DNA from: a virus
Taxonomy: Duplodnaviria; Caudoviricetes
Virus record (IMG/VR): IMGVR_UViG_3300032259_000008
Span: 1-39,395 of that record
Strand: one strand, 5' to 3'
Length of the DNA stretch: 39,395 nucleotides
Made by a program: the position numbers and the translations under genes. A model generated the notes under the pieces. The model saw only the letters and a list, made by a program, of their open reading frames with translations, made no database searches and was not told the DNA's origin. Position 1 is the first letter of the stretch, and each line of letters opens with the position of its first letter. Positions 7,672 to 17,409 of this stretch are shown here, piece after piece.

Positions 7672-10600
7672 TTAATTTTTTGATAGAGCGTTTGTATTCT
7701 TTGCTGAGAAAGTTACAAATATTCTATCTTTTCCAACCCCGATTGTTATCCCATCATATCCTAGTTGAGAGATATACTCATCTATCTCTCCGACATTTTT
7801 AGATAATTCATTTTTTCTTACACCTAATTCTCTCGCAAGATCGTATTCAAATTCTGAAAAATCACTCTTGCTTTTGAATTGGATAGGATTTTCAGGAAGT
7901 TCCCATTTTTTGACTTCTCTTACGTCACCGTATGTCATAGCTTCTTTCTTGCTTGTTGTTGAATAAAGTCCTTGACCATACATTGCGAAGCCCTCACCAC
8001 TATCTGCCGACTCTCCTCTCCATACTTTTGTTTTTTCTGATAATGTGAAAGGTTTTTGGATTGTGCGACTTTTCATTTTTTCTGTGAATGGAATTTTACT
8101 TGCTTTTCCAAATAGTTCTTCTGCTTCTAGTCTATCAAGTTCAGCTATATCCGCTTTAGATAGTTGAGGTTTATTAGTTTTAGCAAAAACATTTTTAACC
8201 GCTTGCTTAGCTTCATCTTCACTTCCACCAACTTTAGGTTCAGCGGCTTCTTTTACTTTTTGTGCTTGTTCGCTAAGTTTTTGCTTCTCGGCTGCTTTTT
8301 TTGCACTTTCTGATTTAGCCTTTTTAAATTCTTGCTCTGTTAAAATCTTTTTTGTTTTTGCTTCTTCTTTTAACTGTTGAGCTTTTAAAATACTCTCTTT
8401 GTTTTTAGCTTCTTGTTTCATAACTTCAGCTTTTAAAAGTTGCTCTTTCTCGCCTATCTCTTTAACTGATTTCTTTAAAAGAATACGATCTTGATTTGGC
8501 ATACCTTTAATTTTTGAAGCTTCAAAGAAGAACTCTCTTGGTGTTCTTGATTTTTCTAAGGCACTTTCTATTGACTTTTGAAGAGATAATCTTCTTCCTG
8601 TTTCAGTAGGAAATAATCTTTGCATTGCTTCAAAACGTAATGAGGATAATTTCATTAAAATTTTACCAAAAAATGAAGTTGCAATATTCTTTTCAACTTT
8701 TGGCGTAACTCCAGCAGCTATTTTTTGAATATCAATATCTTTCCCAAATTTCTTATCATATGCCTCTATATTTTTAAGAAACTGCTTTGCTTCTGGTGTT
8801 TTAAATATAGCCTTAGAACTTCCTATATCTTCAAGTAATAAATTGAAGTCAACCGCTTTTGCTTCACCCTTTACTGTTGCAGTATCTAGCATTTGCTTTA
8901 ATATGCTAAATTCACTTTTTGTTCTTTGTACCGGTGAAAGTTTTCCTAAAACAGATTCAAGATCATTATCAACGGACTTTGAATATTTAACAAGTGCTTT
9001 TCCGATTTCCTCTTCACTTGCCCCTTTTTTAAAGATTGCGTTGTATGTTGCGGTGTCTTGCGTTTTAAACATTTTCGCATATTTGCTTTTAGCATCTGTA
9101 AAGGCACTTTTTAAACCTGTAGCAACATCACCAGGAAGAGTATTTATCGCTTCATCTATTTTAGTATCTATTGTATTTTGAATACTCATTAATGCGTCTT
9201 TGTCAGCTTTACTTTCAAAGTGAGCACTATTTTTTCCATAGAATTTATTAAACAATTGTCTTGTATCTATTAAATCACCGATTGTTTCTGACTTTTGGTC
9301 TGCTAGTGATTCAGATAGATTAAAAAGTTTTTCTTTTACTGTTGGGTCTATTACTCTCTTGTTTATGCTTGATAATGTATCTGTAAAGTCAACTAAGTCT
9401 AAATCAGATTTATAGTTTGGTAGTGCTTCATCGATTAAGCCTCTAACCTCACCGTAATTTTTTCCTACTGCTTTTTCATAAGCTTCGATACTTTTTCTTA
9501 TAGCACTTGGTTTTTTACTAAATTGTGAAACTGCTTGCATTACATTTTTTGCTCTTGCGTCAATCTCTTTACTTGTTTCGATTGCTGCTTTAGCATTGTT
9601 GCGAATAGCTGAAGTGATTAAAGCTTTACCTTGTGCTTGCTGTTGAACCACTGCTGTTAATTTAGCTCTTAGTAAATCATCACCAGTTAAATCTTCTAAA
9701 CCTTTGACATCTTTCTTAACTGCATCAAACATAGTATCAATATCTAAGTCAGTAACACCGTAATCTTCTTTTACTGCTTGCTTTGCACCTTGTATATCAC
9801 CTTCTTTAAAGAGTGTTTTTATTCTGTCAGAAGCTTTTTTTATAGGCTCTATTGACTTACTTATTCCCTTAGCTGCTACACCAACCACCGCCGCACCTGT
9901 TACGTCTGCCACACCCGCGGCTAATGATTTTTCTAAAACTTCTTTAGCGTCAATTTCTTTATTTAATGAAATGGCATTACGAATTAAATCTGTTGCGCGT
10001 CCTGCTGCTGCTCCAGTATATCCACCAATTCCACCACCGACTAACGCTGCTGCTCCTCTTAATGGGAGTGGTGCTGTTGGAGGTAATGCTCTTTGTGCTG
10101 CTCCTGCTCCACCGATTGCGCCCATTGTTGCACCTGCGATTTCACCTGCACTTGCAGTAAATCCACCTAGAACATCATCAAGTATATTTTCATCAAGATT
10201 TTTTAATACTTCGTTGCCGTCTTTGTCTGTAGTAATTACTTTTAGTTTGCCACCGTCATTATAAGCCTCAATTCCTCTTTCTTCAAGGATTCCGACCACT
10301 TCATCATTTAATTTGTTTTGCTTTGTTTTAAGTGTCTCTTCTGAAGCCTTATCACCTGTTGCAGCTTTAAAAGTATCGGATAAATCAGAAAATGCAAAAT
10401 CAATGTTTTCAAGTCTTGCTTTTACAGATTGTGCTTCTGCTACTTGACTTCCTTCCAATTGCTTAGTTTCACCAATAAACTGTGCTGCCATTTGTGGAAC
10501 TGCTGCTATTGGAGTATATTCACCTAGAAATTTGCTAACTCTTTCTTTTATGTCCATCCAGGTATTATCATCAACTTCTGGCGGTCTGTGCTGTTCAACT

Positions 10601-10773
10601 TGTGCAAGTCTTGGATCTACTTGTGCTGTTGGTTGCTGAATCTCTTGTTGTTCTGGTGTAATAAAGCTATCAAAATCACTTACTAATGGTTCTACTGCTT
10701 CAGTTTGTGCCACTTCTACCGCTTGTGGTTGTTCGGTTGCAATAAAAGAATCAAAATCTTCTAATTCACTCAT
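7672..10773 (-). CDS. large DNA ejection protein (P22 gp16 position) with C-terminal ART-like domain
   Basis: Gly/Ala-rich membrane-inserting segment, long helical body, synteny; C-terminal WRG..GQGLYSTTS..A..YG..GYDGI..FVTF. Confidence 0.7.
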   Translation of the reverse strand: MSELEDFDSFIATEQPQAVEVAQTEAVEPLVSDFDSFITPEQQEIQQPTAQVDPRLAQVEQHRPPEVDDNTWMDIKERVSKFLGEYTPIAAVPQMAAQFIGETKQLEGSQVAEAQSVKARLENIDFAFSDLSDTFKAATGDKASEETLKTKQNKLNDEVVGILEERGIEAYNDGGKLKVITTDKDGNEVLKNLDENILDDVLGGFTASAGEIAGATMGAIGGAGAAQRALPPTAPLPLRGAAALVGGGIGGYTGAAAGRATDLIRNAISLNKEIDAKEVLEKSLAAGVADVTGAAVVGVAAKGISKSIEPIKKASDRIKTLFKEGDIQGAKQAVKEDYGVTDLDIDTMFDAVKKDVKGLEDLTGDDLLRAKLTAVVQQQAQGKALITSAIRNNAKAAIETSKEIDARAKNVMQAVSQFSKKPSAIRKSIEAYEKAVGKNYGEVRGLIDEALPNYKSDLDLVDFTDTLSSINKRVIDPTVKEKLFNLSESLADQKSETIGDLIDTRQLFNKFYGKNSAHFESKADKDALMSIQNTIDTKIDEAINTLPGDVATGLKSAFTDAKSKYAKMFKTQDTATYNAIFKKGASEEEIGKALVKYSKSVDNDLESVLGKLSPVQRTKSEFSILKQMLDTATVKGEAKAVDFNLLLEDIGSSKAIFKTPEAKQFLKNIEAYDKKFGKDIDIQKIAAGVTPKVEKNIATSFFGKILMKLSSLRFEAMQRLFPTETGRRLSLQKSIESALEKSRTPREFFFEASKIKGMPNQDRILLKKSVKEIGEKEQLLKAEVMKQEAKNKESILKAQQLKEEAKTKKILTEQEFKKAKSESAKKAAEKQKLSEQAQKVKEAAEPKVGGSEDEAKQAVKNVFAKTNKPQLSKADIAELDRLEAEELFGKASKIPFTEKMKSRTIQKPFTLSEKTKVWRGESADSGEGFAMYGQGLYSTTSKKEAMTYGDVREVKKWELPENPIQFKSKSDFSEFEYDLARELGVRKNELSKNVGEIDEYISQLGYDGITIGVGKDRIFVTFSAKNTNALSKN

Positions 10774-10774
10774 C

Positions 10775-12439
10775 TTAATACCCTTTAGAGTTTAGATATG
10801 CGTTTATTTGTTCTGGTGTTGCATTTGGTCTTTGTGTTGAGATTTGCTGATACATAGACTGTCTATCTTGTTTAGGTCTTGATTGTCTTAATCTTGTGAT
10901 ATCATCACCTTTTGTTTCTTTGACTGCGTCAACTGCTTTTGCAATATCTTCATAATTGCTAAGAACTGCACCATATTTAAGATTAAATGCTACTGGACCC
11001 ATTACGCGCTTAAGTGATTTTAATTCACCTATATACCTTTTAGCAACATTTTTTATACCTAGTTTGATCTTATCTTTAGTCATATATGGTGAAGCTGTTT
11101 CAAGTGTATTTCTGACCATTTCCTGACCTGATACTGCGCTTCCTGAATCTGCTTTGATTTTGATGTTTAGTAGAGATTGGAACGCACTTGCAGCTTCAGA
11201 ACTTTTTAATTCTTCTTCTGATAAACCAAAATAATTAGAGAAATACTTTTTAGTGAATTCATCGGCTGCTCTAAAATCACCTACTTGCTCATAAGCGGCT
11301 AAAGCATTTTGCATCTGATCTTGTGCTGCTCCAAACTCACCCATTTTCTTTTCAGCTACTTTTGCGTTAGCACCTAATCCCTTAACGATTATTGAGGCAG
11401 TTTGATTCGCTTGTGCTTGATCTTCTTCTGATAATTCTCTTGTGTCTATTGTTGCCAACTTATAAGGACTATCGAGGTTTAATTTATCTGCAAAAGCTGT
11501 TTGATAATCTTTTACTGTTTCGGCATTTATTTTAAGTGAAGACATATCAGATTGAGTAAGTTTTGTTAATCTTCTATTTACTAAGGCTTTATCTTCTTCA
11601 GAAATGTTAGGATTTTTCAACTGCTTCATTAATCTTTCAAATTCACCTGATTTTGTATCTGGCATTCTTTCTTTTTCTGCCACTTTTATATCAGATTTCT
11701 TTTGAACGTCATAAGTCTCTGCATTTTGCATCATCGTACTCATTTTAGAAAGTGAAAGCATCGGAAATTCTGCATCAAAACTTCCATCTGTTTTTAATAA
11801 TGTTGGTGGAGCTTTATCTAAAGACTCTTGAATTTTATCTGCTATTTCTGTTTGACCATCTTTTAAGAAACCTTTGATTTTTTCATTCTGATCTTTGATA
11901 TAGTCTTGATACATTGCTTCTGCTTGTTGTGGATCTTTTTGCGCAACTTGCATAAGGTTTTGGATTCTTTGCCCTTGCTGAGAAATGCTATTTCTAATTT
12001 GCTCCTGCTCGAACTCTGTCTTAGTCCTATATTCTTTATCGAAATTGTCGATATCGTCGGAATACCCCGTTGCTCTTAATTTAGCTTCTTCTTTGGACTG
12101 CCCTTTTTTCATGTAGTAATTCGTTAAACTTTCTATTTGTTGTGTTTTTTTAGTTTGCTGTGCTACTTCAGGCGCAAGGATATTTGCTCTTGTCTCTTCC
12201 TCTGGTGAAAGTGTTTTAATCATGCTCGAAGGATATTCTCCATCTGTCTCTAGGTCGCTATATTCTTCAAACTCTTTTTTTTCTTTTTTAGCAAGGATAT
12301 TTTCTTGAAGTTTTATTGGTGCTTTTTCTTTTTCAAGCAATAACTCTTCTCTTTCTTGTCTCGCTCTTGCTGTTTTAATTGTTGATGATCGGGCAAGGAT
12401 ATTACCTAAATCTAATCCGTATCTGCTTCCATTTGACAT
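10775..12439 (-). CDS. DNA ejection protein (P22 gp20 position)
   Basis: Helical Q/K/E-rich protein, SGSAVSGQE motif, between two ejection genes. Confidence 0.65.
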   Translation of the reverse strand: MSNGSRYGLDLGNILARSSTIKTARARQEREELLLEKEKAPIKLQENILAKKEKKEFEEYSDLETDGEYPSSMIKTLSPEEETRANILAPEVAQQTKKTQQIESLTNYYMKKGQSKEEAKLRATGYSDDIDNFDKEYRTKTEFEQEQIRNSISQQGQRIQNLMQVAQKDPQQAEAMYQDYIKDQNEKIKGFLKDGQTEIADKIQESLDKAPPTLLKTDGSFDAEFPMLSLSKMSTMMQNAETYDVQKKSDIKVAEKERMPDTKSGEFERLMKQLKNPNISEEDKALVNRRLTKLTQSDMSSLKINAETVKDYQTAFADKLNLDSPYKLATIDTRELSEEDQAQANQTASIIVKGLGANAKVAEKKMGEFGAAQDQMQNALAAYEQVGDFRAADEFTKKYFSNYFGLSEEELKSSEAASAFQSLLNIKIKADSGSAVSGQEMVRNTLETASPYMTKDKIKLGIKNVAKRYIGELKSLKRVMGPVAFNLKYGAVLSNYEDIAKAVDAVKETKGDDITRLRQSRPKQDRQSMYQQISTQRPNATPEQINAYLNSKGY

Positions 12440-12440
12440 T

Positions 12441-13070
12441 TTATGCTCCTGCCGTTGGTTGTGTCTGACTATATAGCAAGTAGTTTCCTATTCCTTGGTT
12501 AGCTGTTTGAGCTAAGTTGCCATACATATTTGCTGTCGTTTGCGCTTGGTTCATATTTAAAGCGTTTATTGCTGCTGTTGATTGCTGTCCTGCTTGGTTT
12601 GTTATATTTAAGGCATTTTGACCTATGCCAGCTAATGATTGTTGTTTGCCTAAGTTTGCTTGATTTGTTGTCAATGCACGATTAAAAGCATTTCCATACT
12701 CTTGTGATGCTAAGCCTTGACTATATCTTGTAACTGCCCTATCTTGTGCGCCACTTAGTAAGCGACCTCTTGATGCAGCACTTCTGTCTAAAGCATTTAC
12801 GCCCTCTTCCATGCGAAATTGATATCCAGGGTCTTTCATCGCTTCAAAATCTTGTGCAGTGAATTGAAAATCTGGTGTGTCTTGAATTGTTTGCAAAGCT
12901 TTTTCTCCTGCTATTCTCCAAGGTTCTTGATCTTCTCTTGTTTGTTGATATTGTGCTTCAGTTGAAGCTATTGCTTTCTCTGTTGCTTTTCCTGACTCTT
13001 CAGTTGCGTAATATGTTGCTACTCCACCAACAACTGCACTTCCTACTATTGCCGTCGCTACCCATGACAT
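12441..13070 (-). CDS. DNA transfer/ejection protein (P22 gp7-like)
   Basis: MSWVATAIVG start; DPGYQFR..EG..AL.RSAASRG.LLSGA...Y.QGLASQEY. Confidence 0.85.
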   Translation of the reverse strand: MSWVATAIVGSAVVGGVATYYATEESGKATEKAIASTEAQYQQTREDQEPWRIAGEKALQTIQDTPDFQFTAQDFEAMKDPGYQFRMEEGVNALDRSAASRGRLLSGAQDRAVTRYSQGLASQEYGNAFNRALTTNQANLGKQQSLAGIGQNALNITNQAGQQSTAAINALNMNQAQTTANMYGNLAQTANQGIGNYLLYSQTQPTAGA

Positions 13071-13468
13071 ATAGACTCCTTCTCTTCATTGATTATAAAT
13101 TGTTCTTCTATCTTTTCGAGATCAGTTTCTTTAGTAGGGTGAGCATTTAACCATATAGTATCTTCATGAAAGTATGCCATCTTTTGGACCCCTGCATCTG
13201 ATACAAAAGTGTATGGTGCTTCAACGTGAAGAATTGGGTTATCTTCTCCATTATAGATTGATAGCTTACCCTTTAGAATGATGTTTACTGTTGAAAATCT
13301 ATGCTTTTTCCCGATTGCGAAAGTCCCTGCTGGCATATGTGTTTCTCTCACATATTGACCTTCTGCAAAATGATGCTGTACTGGACACTCTACTTGTGGA
13401 AGATTTTTAAAACCCTCTATCGCTTTAGGAATGTTTAGTTTTTTGGAAAAGTCTTGTAAATCTTTCAT
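13058..13468 (-). CDS. conserved cupin-like phage protein preceding ejection genes
   Basis: HHFAEGQYVRE..MPAGT..IGK.H...APYTFVS.AG..K..Y.HEDT.W...H. Confidence 0.7.
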   Translation of the reverse strand: MKDLQDFSKKLNIPKAIEGFKNLPQVECPVQHHFAEGQYVRETHMPAGTFAIGKKHRFSTVNIILKGKLSIYNGEDNPILHVEAPYTFVSDAGVQKMAYFHEDTIWLNAHPTKETDLEKIEEQFIINEEKESICHG

Positions 13469-13484
13469 AGTAAACCTTTGTAAT

Positions 13485-13500
13485 ATTATATCTAAATTTT
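13485..13500 (-). promoter_or_regulatory. putative sigma70 -10 box upstream of ejection module
   Basis: TATAAT (plus-strand attata 13485-13490) in an AT-rich gap. Confidence 0.4.
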
Positions 13501-13511
13501 AAAACATATCC

Positions 13512-14384
13512 TTATTCAAAATGTCCATAAGCTTTAACACTTACAAAGCCTAGCGTTATGAGATCATCTTGATTTAAGATTTCAAGAAAATCTCCGTTGT
13601 CTCCGTTAAGATATGCAATTGCCTTAGCATCTTGCTCTAATCTTCCTGTTGCTGAAGTTCCGTGCGAGCCACCACCAGAACGGGGAAGGAATTTTATATT
13701 TCCTGTATCATTATCAATATCTCCATTTGTTTTCCAGATTGTTAAAGAGCCATATGTTCCAGTGAGCCCGTCATATCTCCTAACAACCATACCATTTGTT
13801 AGTGCAGTAAGATTTCCAAATAGTCCTAAATCACCAGCGCTTGAATGTGCCATAGCTATTGATATCTTAGTAATATGCCAGATCTCTCCAGCTAATGGCA
13901 TAACCTTATGAGATAATGGAGAAGCTAATGAACCCGTTTCACTCATATCTACTATGGCTTTTTCAACAGTTGTTCCGACAGCAAAGCCATTGTCTAGTGG
14001 TTTATCTAGTGTAATTACATTTGCAACAATTAGCGTTATTTGCGGATGCACTAATTCCTGTACGCCGTTTTCTATATGCAAGTAATCCCCTATAGCAAAA
14101 CCTACTGAAGACGTCACAGTTATTGAAGTATCTTGCGCTGTCACCGTAGTTGCTATCGTCGTTACTGGTGTAGTATGTCTATGAAATTTCCTGCTTATTA
14201 TTCTTTTGTGGACATCAGAATTGTGGATATTTAAAACCCATTCCCCAGTTACTGGATCATAGTATGAACTTAGAGGGTTTCCGCTTCCATCATGAATGCT
14301 TACTTTTAGAGCATTTGCTACTGAATTTATTACATTACCTATGCCGTCATGTGTCCATGCTTTAACTTGTCTTAATAAACTCAA
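13512..14384 (-). CDS. putative tail-associated structural protein
   Basis: Beta-rich, Thr/Gly-rich, within tail module. Confidence 0.55.
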   Translation of the reverse strand: MSLLRQVKAWTHDGIGNVINSVANALKVSIHDGSGNPLSSYYDPVTGEWVLNIHNSDVHKRIISRKFHRHTTPVTTIATTVTAQDTSITVTSSVGFAIGDYLHIENGVQELVHPQITLIVANVITLDKPLDNGFAVGTTVEKAIVDMSETGSLASPLSHKVMPLAGEIWHITKISIAMAHSSAGDLGLFGNLTALTNGMVVRRYDGLTGTYGSLTIWKTNGDIDNDTGNIKFLPRSGGGSHGTSATGRLEQDAKAIAYLNGDNGDFLEILNQDDLITLGFVSVKAYGHFE

Positions 14385-14385
14385 T

Positions 14386-14991
14386 TTATGCTCCTAAATA
14401 CCAGTTATTACCATCAGTAATAAAATTATAAATTTCCCCGTCTAATTCAAGGGATTGGCTTGCTTCACCCACTATTAATTCTGTGCCAAAGGGTAGAATA
14501 TTAACTACGTTTGCTGTTGTATCTATCTTGTGAATTGCGAAAGGTAATGATCTATTATCTTCGAAGCAATCTAAAGGGTTTGGCATTATTATATCTATTG
14601 CCCCATCTGTTGCATTACATAAAACAGTTTGAGCCTCTGGAAGCAAGGAAGCGTTCGCTGTAATTGTACTTATTGCTATTCTTGTGTAATTCCATATCGC
14701 TTCATCTAGTAGTGAGTCGGCATTTTTTAGTGATGTTGCTAAACTTATATAGTGTGCTAACGTATCAGGTGAATAAGTACCATCATCTTCAAGCCCTGCC
14801 CCCTCTTGAATATTATTTACGAACTCAATTATTGCGTCTAATTCATCATTAGAACTTGAACTATTTCTGCTTAAATCAATTAAAAATCTTACTAAAGCTT
14901 GTGATAGTCTTCCTTTTTCTGAAATTTGCTCATGTATAGGAGGCGGTGAAATCTTGCCTCGGTTTGCATTGCTTGTTTTTTGGATAGCCAT
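14386..14991 (-). CDS. putative tail needle-position structural protein
   Basis: Follows gp10-like gene; C-terminal VLCNAT.GAI.I..P...KID...N.V.I...DGNNW fibre-type domain. Confidence 0.55.
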   Translation of the reverse strand: MAIQKTSNANRGKISPPPIHEQISEKGRLSQALVRFLIDLSRNSSSSNDELDAIIEFVNNIQEGAGLEDDGTYSPDTLAHYISLATSLKNADSLLDEAIWNYTRIAISTITANASLLPEAQTVLCNATDGAIDIIMPNPLDCFEDNRSLPFAIHKIDTTANVVNILPFGTELIVGEASQSLELDGEIYNFITDGNNWYLGA

Positions 14992-16355
14992 TATGAGGTC
15001 CTAGCCCATAGCCCTATAATTCTAATAGGGATAGCGTCTGTAATTACTATGCGGAAAATAGCATCTCTTGTTTGCCCTAATCTTTGCCACCTAACCCTTG
15101 TTGACCGTTCTCCTACTTTCCCTGTATAAGCAAGATTATTATTACTCCACGTTGCTCCAGAGTCTTTGGATAATTGCAAAATTACTGTTGCTTCATCATC
15201 GTAAGCGACTTCTATATCAAGTTGCACTTCGTGGATTCTTATTCTGTTTACTGTATTATTCACTGGCAGTGATACAGCTTCTCTTCTGATTCTTTCCCCA
15301 TTTTCGGTGAGGTTATCAATAGAAATCGCGTGAAACTTTTTACCACTATATCCCACAATATTGCCACTTTCGTACAAGTTTATTGCTCCGCTTATTGTCC
15401 AGCGTCCTTCATTTCCACTTGCTCTTGTGTGCCATTGTGCTGTGTTGAGATCATATACAAATGTTTTATCATTGTCTATAGATAACACATAAAACCAGTG
15501 TCCATTTTCTGTATAAGTAAAGGCGATAAGAGTCGTTCTATCTGCATCGCTTAAATGCTTTTCTATTGCTGCGGTACTTATCGGCGAAGGAGTATATCCA
15601 TTCGTAAGATACACCTTATTGTCTGTTCCGGCAAAGAGGATATTATCTCTAATTTTTGCTATTGTTTGATGATTTGAACAGCCTATATCACTAACTGCAC
15701 CAGATATTCTTGTGAATGGAAAATCAGGATCTCCAGAGTCGTACCATACTTCCGCTGTCCTTTCTCCCATTATCCATAGTTGGCGAGATGCTACAATTAC
15801 GCCTATTGTATCATCTGGTGCCGATTCTGCACTTGCCCAATCAATAGGATCTATTTCTGTACTATAAAGTTTAGAGATAAAAAATTGTCCTGTCGAGGTT
15901 CTGTTGAAAATAAAATACCCGTCCATATATGTTACCATTGCCGCAGGGTACCACCCTTCCTTTAATGCCATATTTTTAATCGAACCAGTGCTTGGAGTGT
16001 AAGCATATCCTGTGTTTCCAACAATCATCAAGTCTATCCCATTGTCGGCAAAAGTTACTTTTCTGTCAAAGCTAACTGTTCCAAGATTGTCAAAAGTTTG
16101 GGAATCACTATGATAAACAAATAATGCTTGTTCCGTTGCTACATATATTTTATTAAGAAATTCATATACTCCAAAGATTGTATAATCTACTTCTCCTAAT
16201 AATTCTAAACCTGAAGTATTTATTAGAATATGATTGCTTTTGCTTCCTTGTTCTTCCATGTGGACATAAAGATTTAATAGTTCTGAATTATTATTTCTGT
16301 CTGAGTATGAGCCACCGCTGGAGATAGCGAAAGGAACTTTTTGTAAGTCAGGCAT
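14991..16355 (-). CDS. packaged DNA stabilization / tail hub protein (P22 gp10-like)
   Basis: MDGYFIF...FFIS.L...ASAES.PD, EVWYDSG..DFPF, S.D.G.TWS, VRW.RLG motifs; ATG 16355 directly after upstream stop. Confidence 0.88.
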   Translation of the reverse strand: MPDLQKVPFAISSGGSYSDRNNNSELLNLYVHMEEQGSKSNHILINTSGLELLGEVDYTIFGVYEFLNKIYVATEQALFVYHSDSQTFDNLGTVSFDRKVTFADNGIDLMIVGNTGYAYTPSTGSIKNMALKEGWYPAAMVTYMDGYFIFNRTSTGQFFISKLYSTEIDPIDWASAESAPDDTIGVIVASRQLWIMGERTAEVWYDSGDPDFPFTRISGAVSDIGCSNHQTIAKIRDNILFAGTDNKVYLTNGYTPSPISTAAIEKHLSDADRTTLIAFTYTENGHWFYVLSIDNDKTFVYDLNTAQWHTRASGNEGRWTISGAINLYESGNIVGYSGKKFHAISIDNLTENGERIRREAVSLPVNNTVNRIRIHEVQLDIEVAYDDEATVILQLSKDSGATWSNNNLAYTGKVGERSTRVRWQRLGQTRDAIFRIVITDAIPIRIIGLWARTS

Positions 16356-16356
16356 T

Positions 16357-17127
16357 TTAGTACCTTGCTCTATTTGTTCTGTTTCCTCTTGTGCGTCCAC
16401 CTAATAGCCCTATATCTGCTTTTAATGTTCTAGGTTGATAGTTGAACGCTTTAACATAGTTTTCGGCTTCAGCAGCACTTGCCACTAATATTTGCGATGG
16501 TTGTACTTCATAGCTTGGTGCCAACTCTATTGCTAACCTTTTCATAAGCATTTTTTCAAAGCCAAAAGTCCAATTAATATCATCGGTTGGTATGTACTCA
16601 TTTCCTACACTGTTTTTGCCTGTATACGGTTGTTTTGCTTGTAAGTGTAATTCTAATCCCTCTAATGGAACAGTATCGAAATATATTCTTATATTATTGT
16701 TATCAATCTTTTGAATATAGTGAAACTTTGGAATACTTGATGTTTCTTTTGTTGGAATCTGGGCGTATTCATTCATTGACATAGGTTTAGAGATAAAATC
16801 TGTTTCGTCTTGTCTCCAGAATAAACCTTGAATATCCACTGGAGCTTCCCGATTTATATCTTGGCAGTGTCCAATCGTAATACTTGACTTCCATTGTCTA
16901 ACTGTAAAATCTTCAGGATCTGCACTCTCACACTCATTTGTTGTATATGGTGCTTCAATTGCTATATCTTGGATATATGTGATGAGTAAATTTTGAGTAT
17001 TATATAAATCTACGATACGGTTTAAAGTTCTTAAGCCGTATTCGTGATCCTGTGGTGATGCTTCATCGGTAGGGTTTAGCACTCCTAATTCAACGAGGGC
17101 ATCATTTATTGTATTTACAATTAGCAT
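16357..17127 (-). CDS. head-tail adaptor (P22 gp4-like)
   Basis: I.DAL.ELGVL...E......D...GL..LN start and LAIELAPSY end; synteny. Confidence 0.8.
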   Translation of the reverse strand: MLIVNTINDALVELGVLNPTDEASPQDHEYGLRTLNRIVDLYNTQNLLITYIQDIAIEAPYTTNECESADPEDFTVRQWKSSITIGHCQDINREAPVDIQGLFWRQDETDFISKPMSMNEYAQIPTKETSSIPKFHYIQKIDNNNIRIYFDTVPLEGLELHLQAKQPYTGKNSVGNEYIPTDDINWTFGFEKMLMKRLAIELAPSYEVQPSQILVASAAEAENYVKAFNYQPRTLKADIGLLGGRTRGNRTNRARY

Positions 17128-17139
17128 AATTTGCCTTTT

Positions 17140-17409
17140 TTAATCAGTTCCGAAGTTGAATGAACCTGTTAATACATCTATTGATGTAATGCTATCTCTT
17201 TCAATAGAATTTTGTTGACCTACAACAAATGGTGCTGCTATATCAGTTGTCCCATCTTTCCATGTAATTGTTGCTGTTCCTGCGATTGTGCATTGCATTG
17301 TGGTTAAACCTCTTTTTGCACATTCTACTGTTGGGCTTGCTAATACTACATTAACATAGCCCTGCTTTAAAGTTGTCATTCCTAGTGAATCGCCTTGTGC
17401 GCTAAGCAT
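17140..17409 (-). CDS. small beta-rich hypothetical (possible virion) protein
   Basis: GGAG RBS, overlaps upstream stop. Confidence 0.6.
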   Translation of the reverse strand: MLSAQGDSLGMTTLKQGYVNVVLASPTVECAKRGLTTMQCTIAGTATITWKDGTTDIAAPFVVGQQNSIERDSITSIDVLTGSFNFGTD

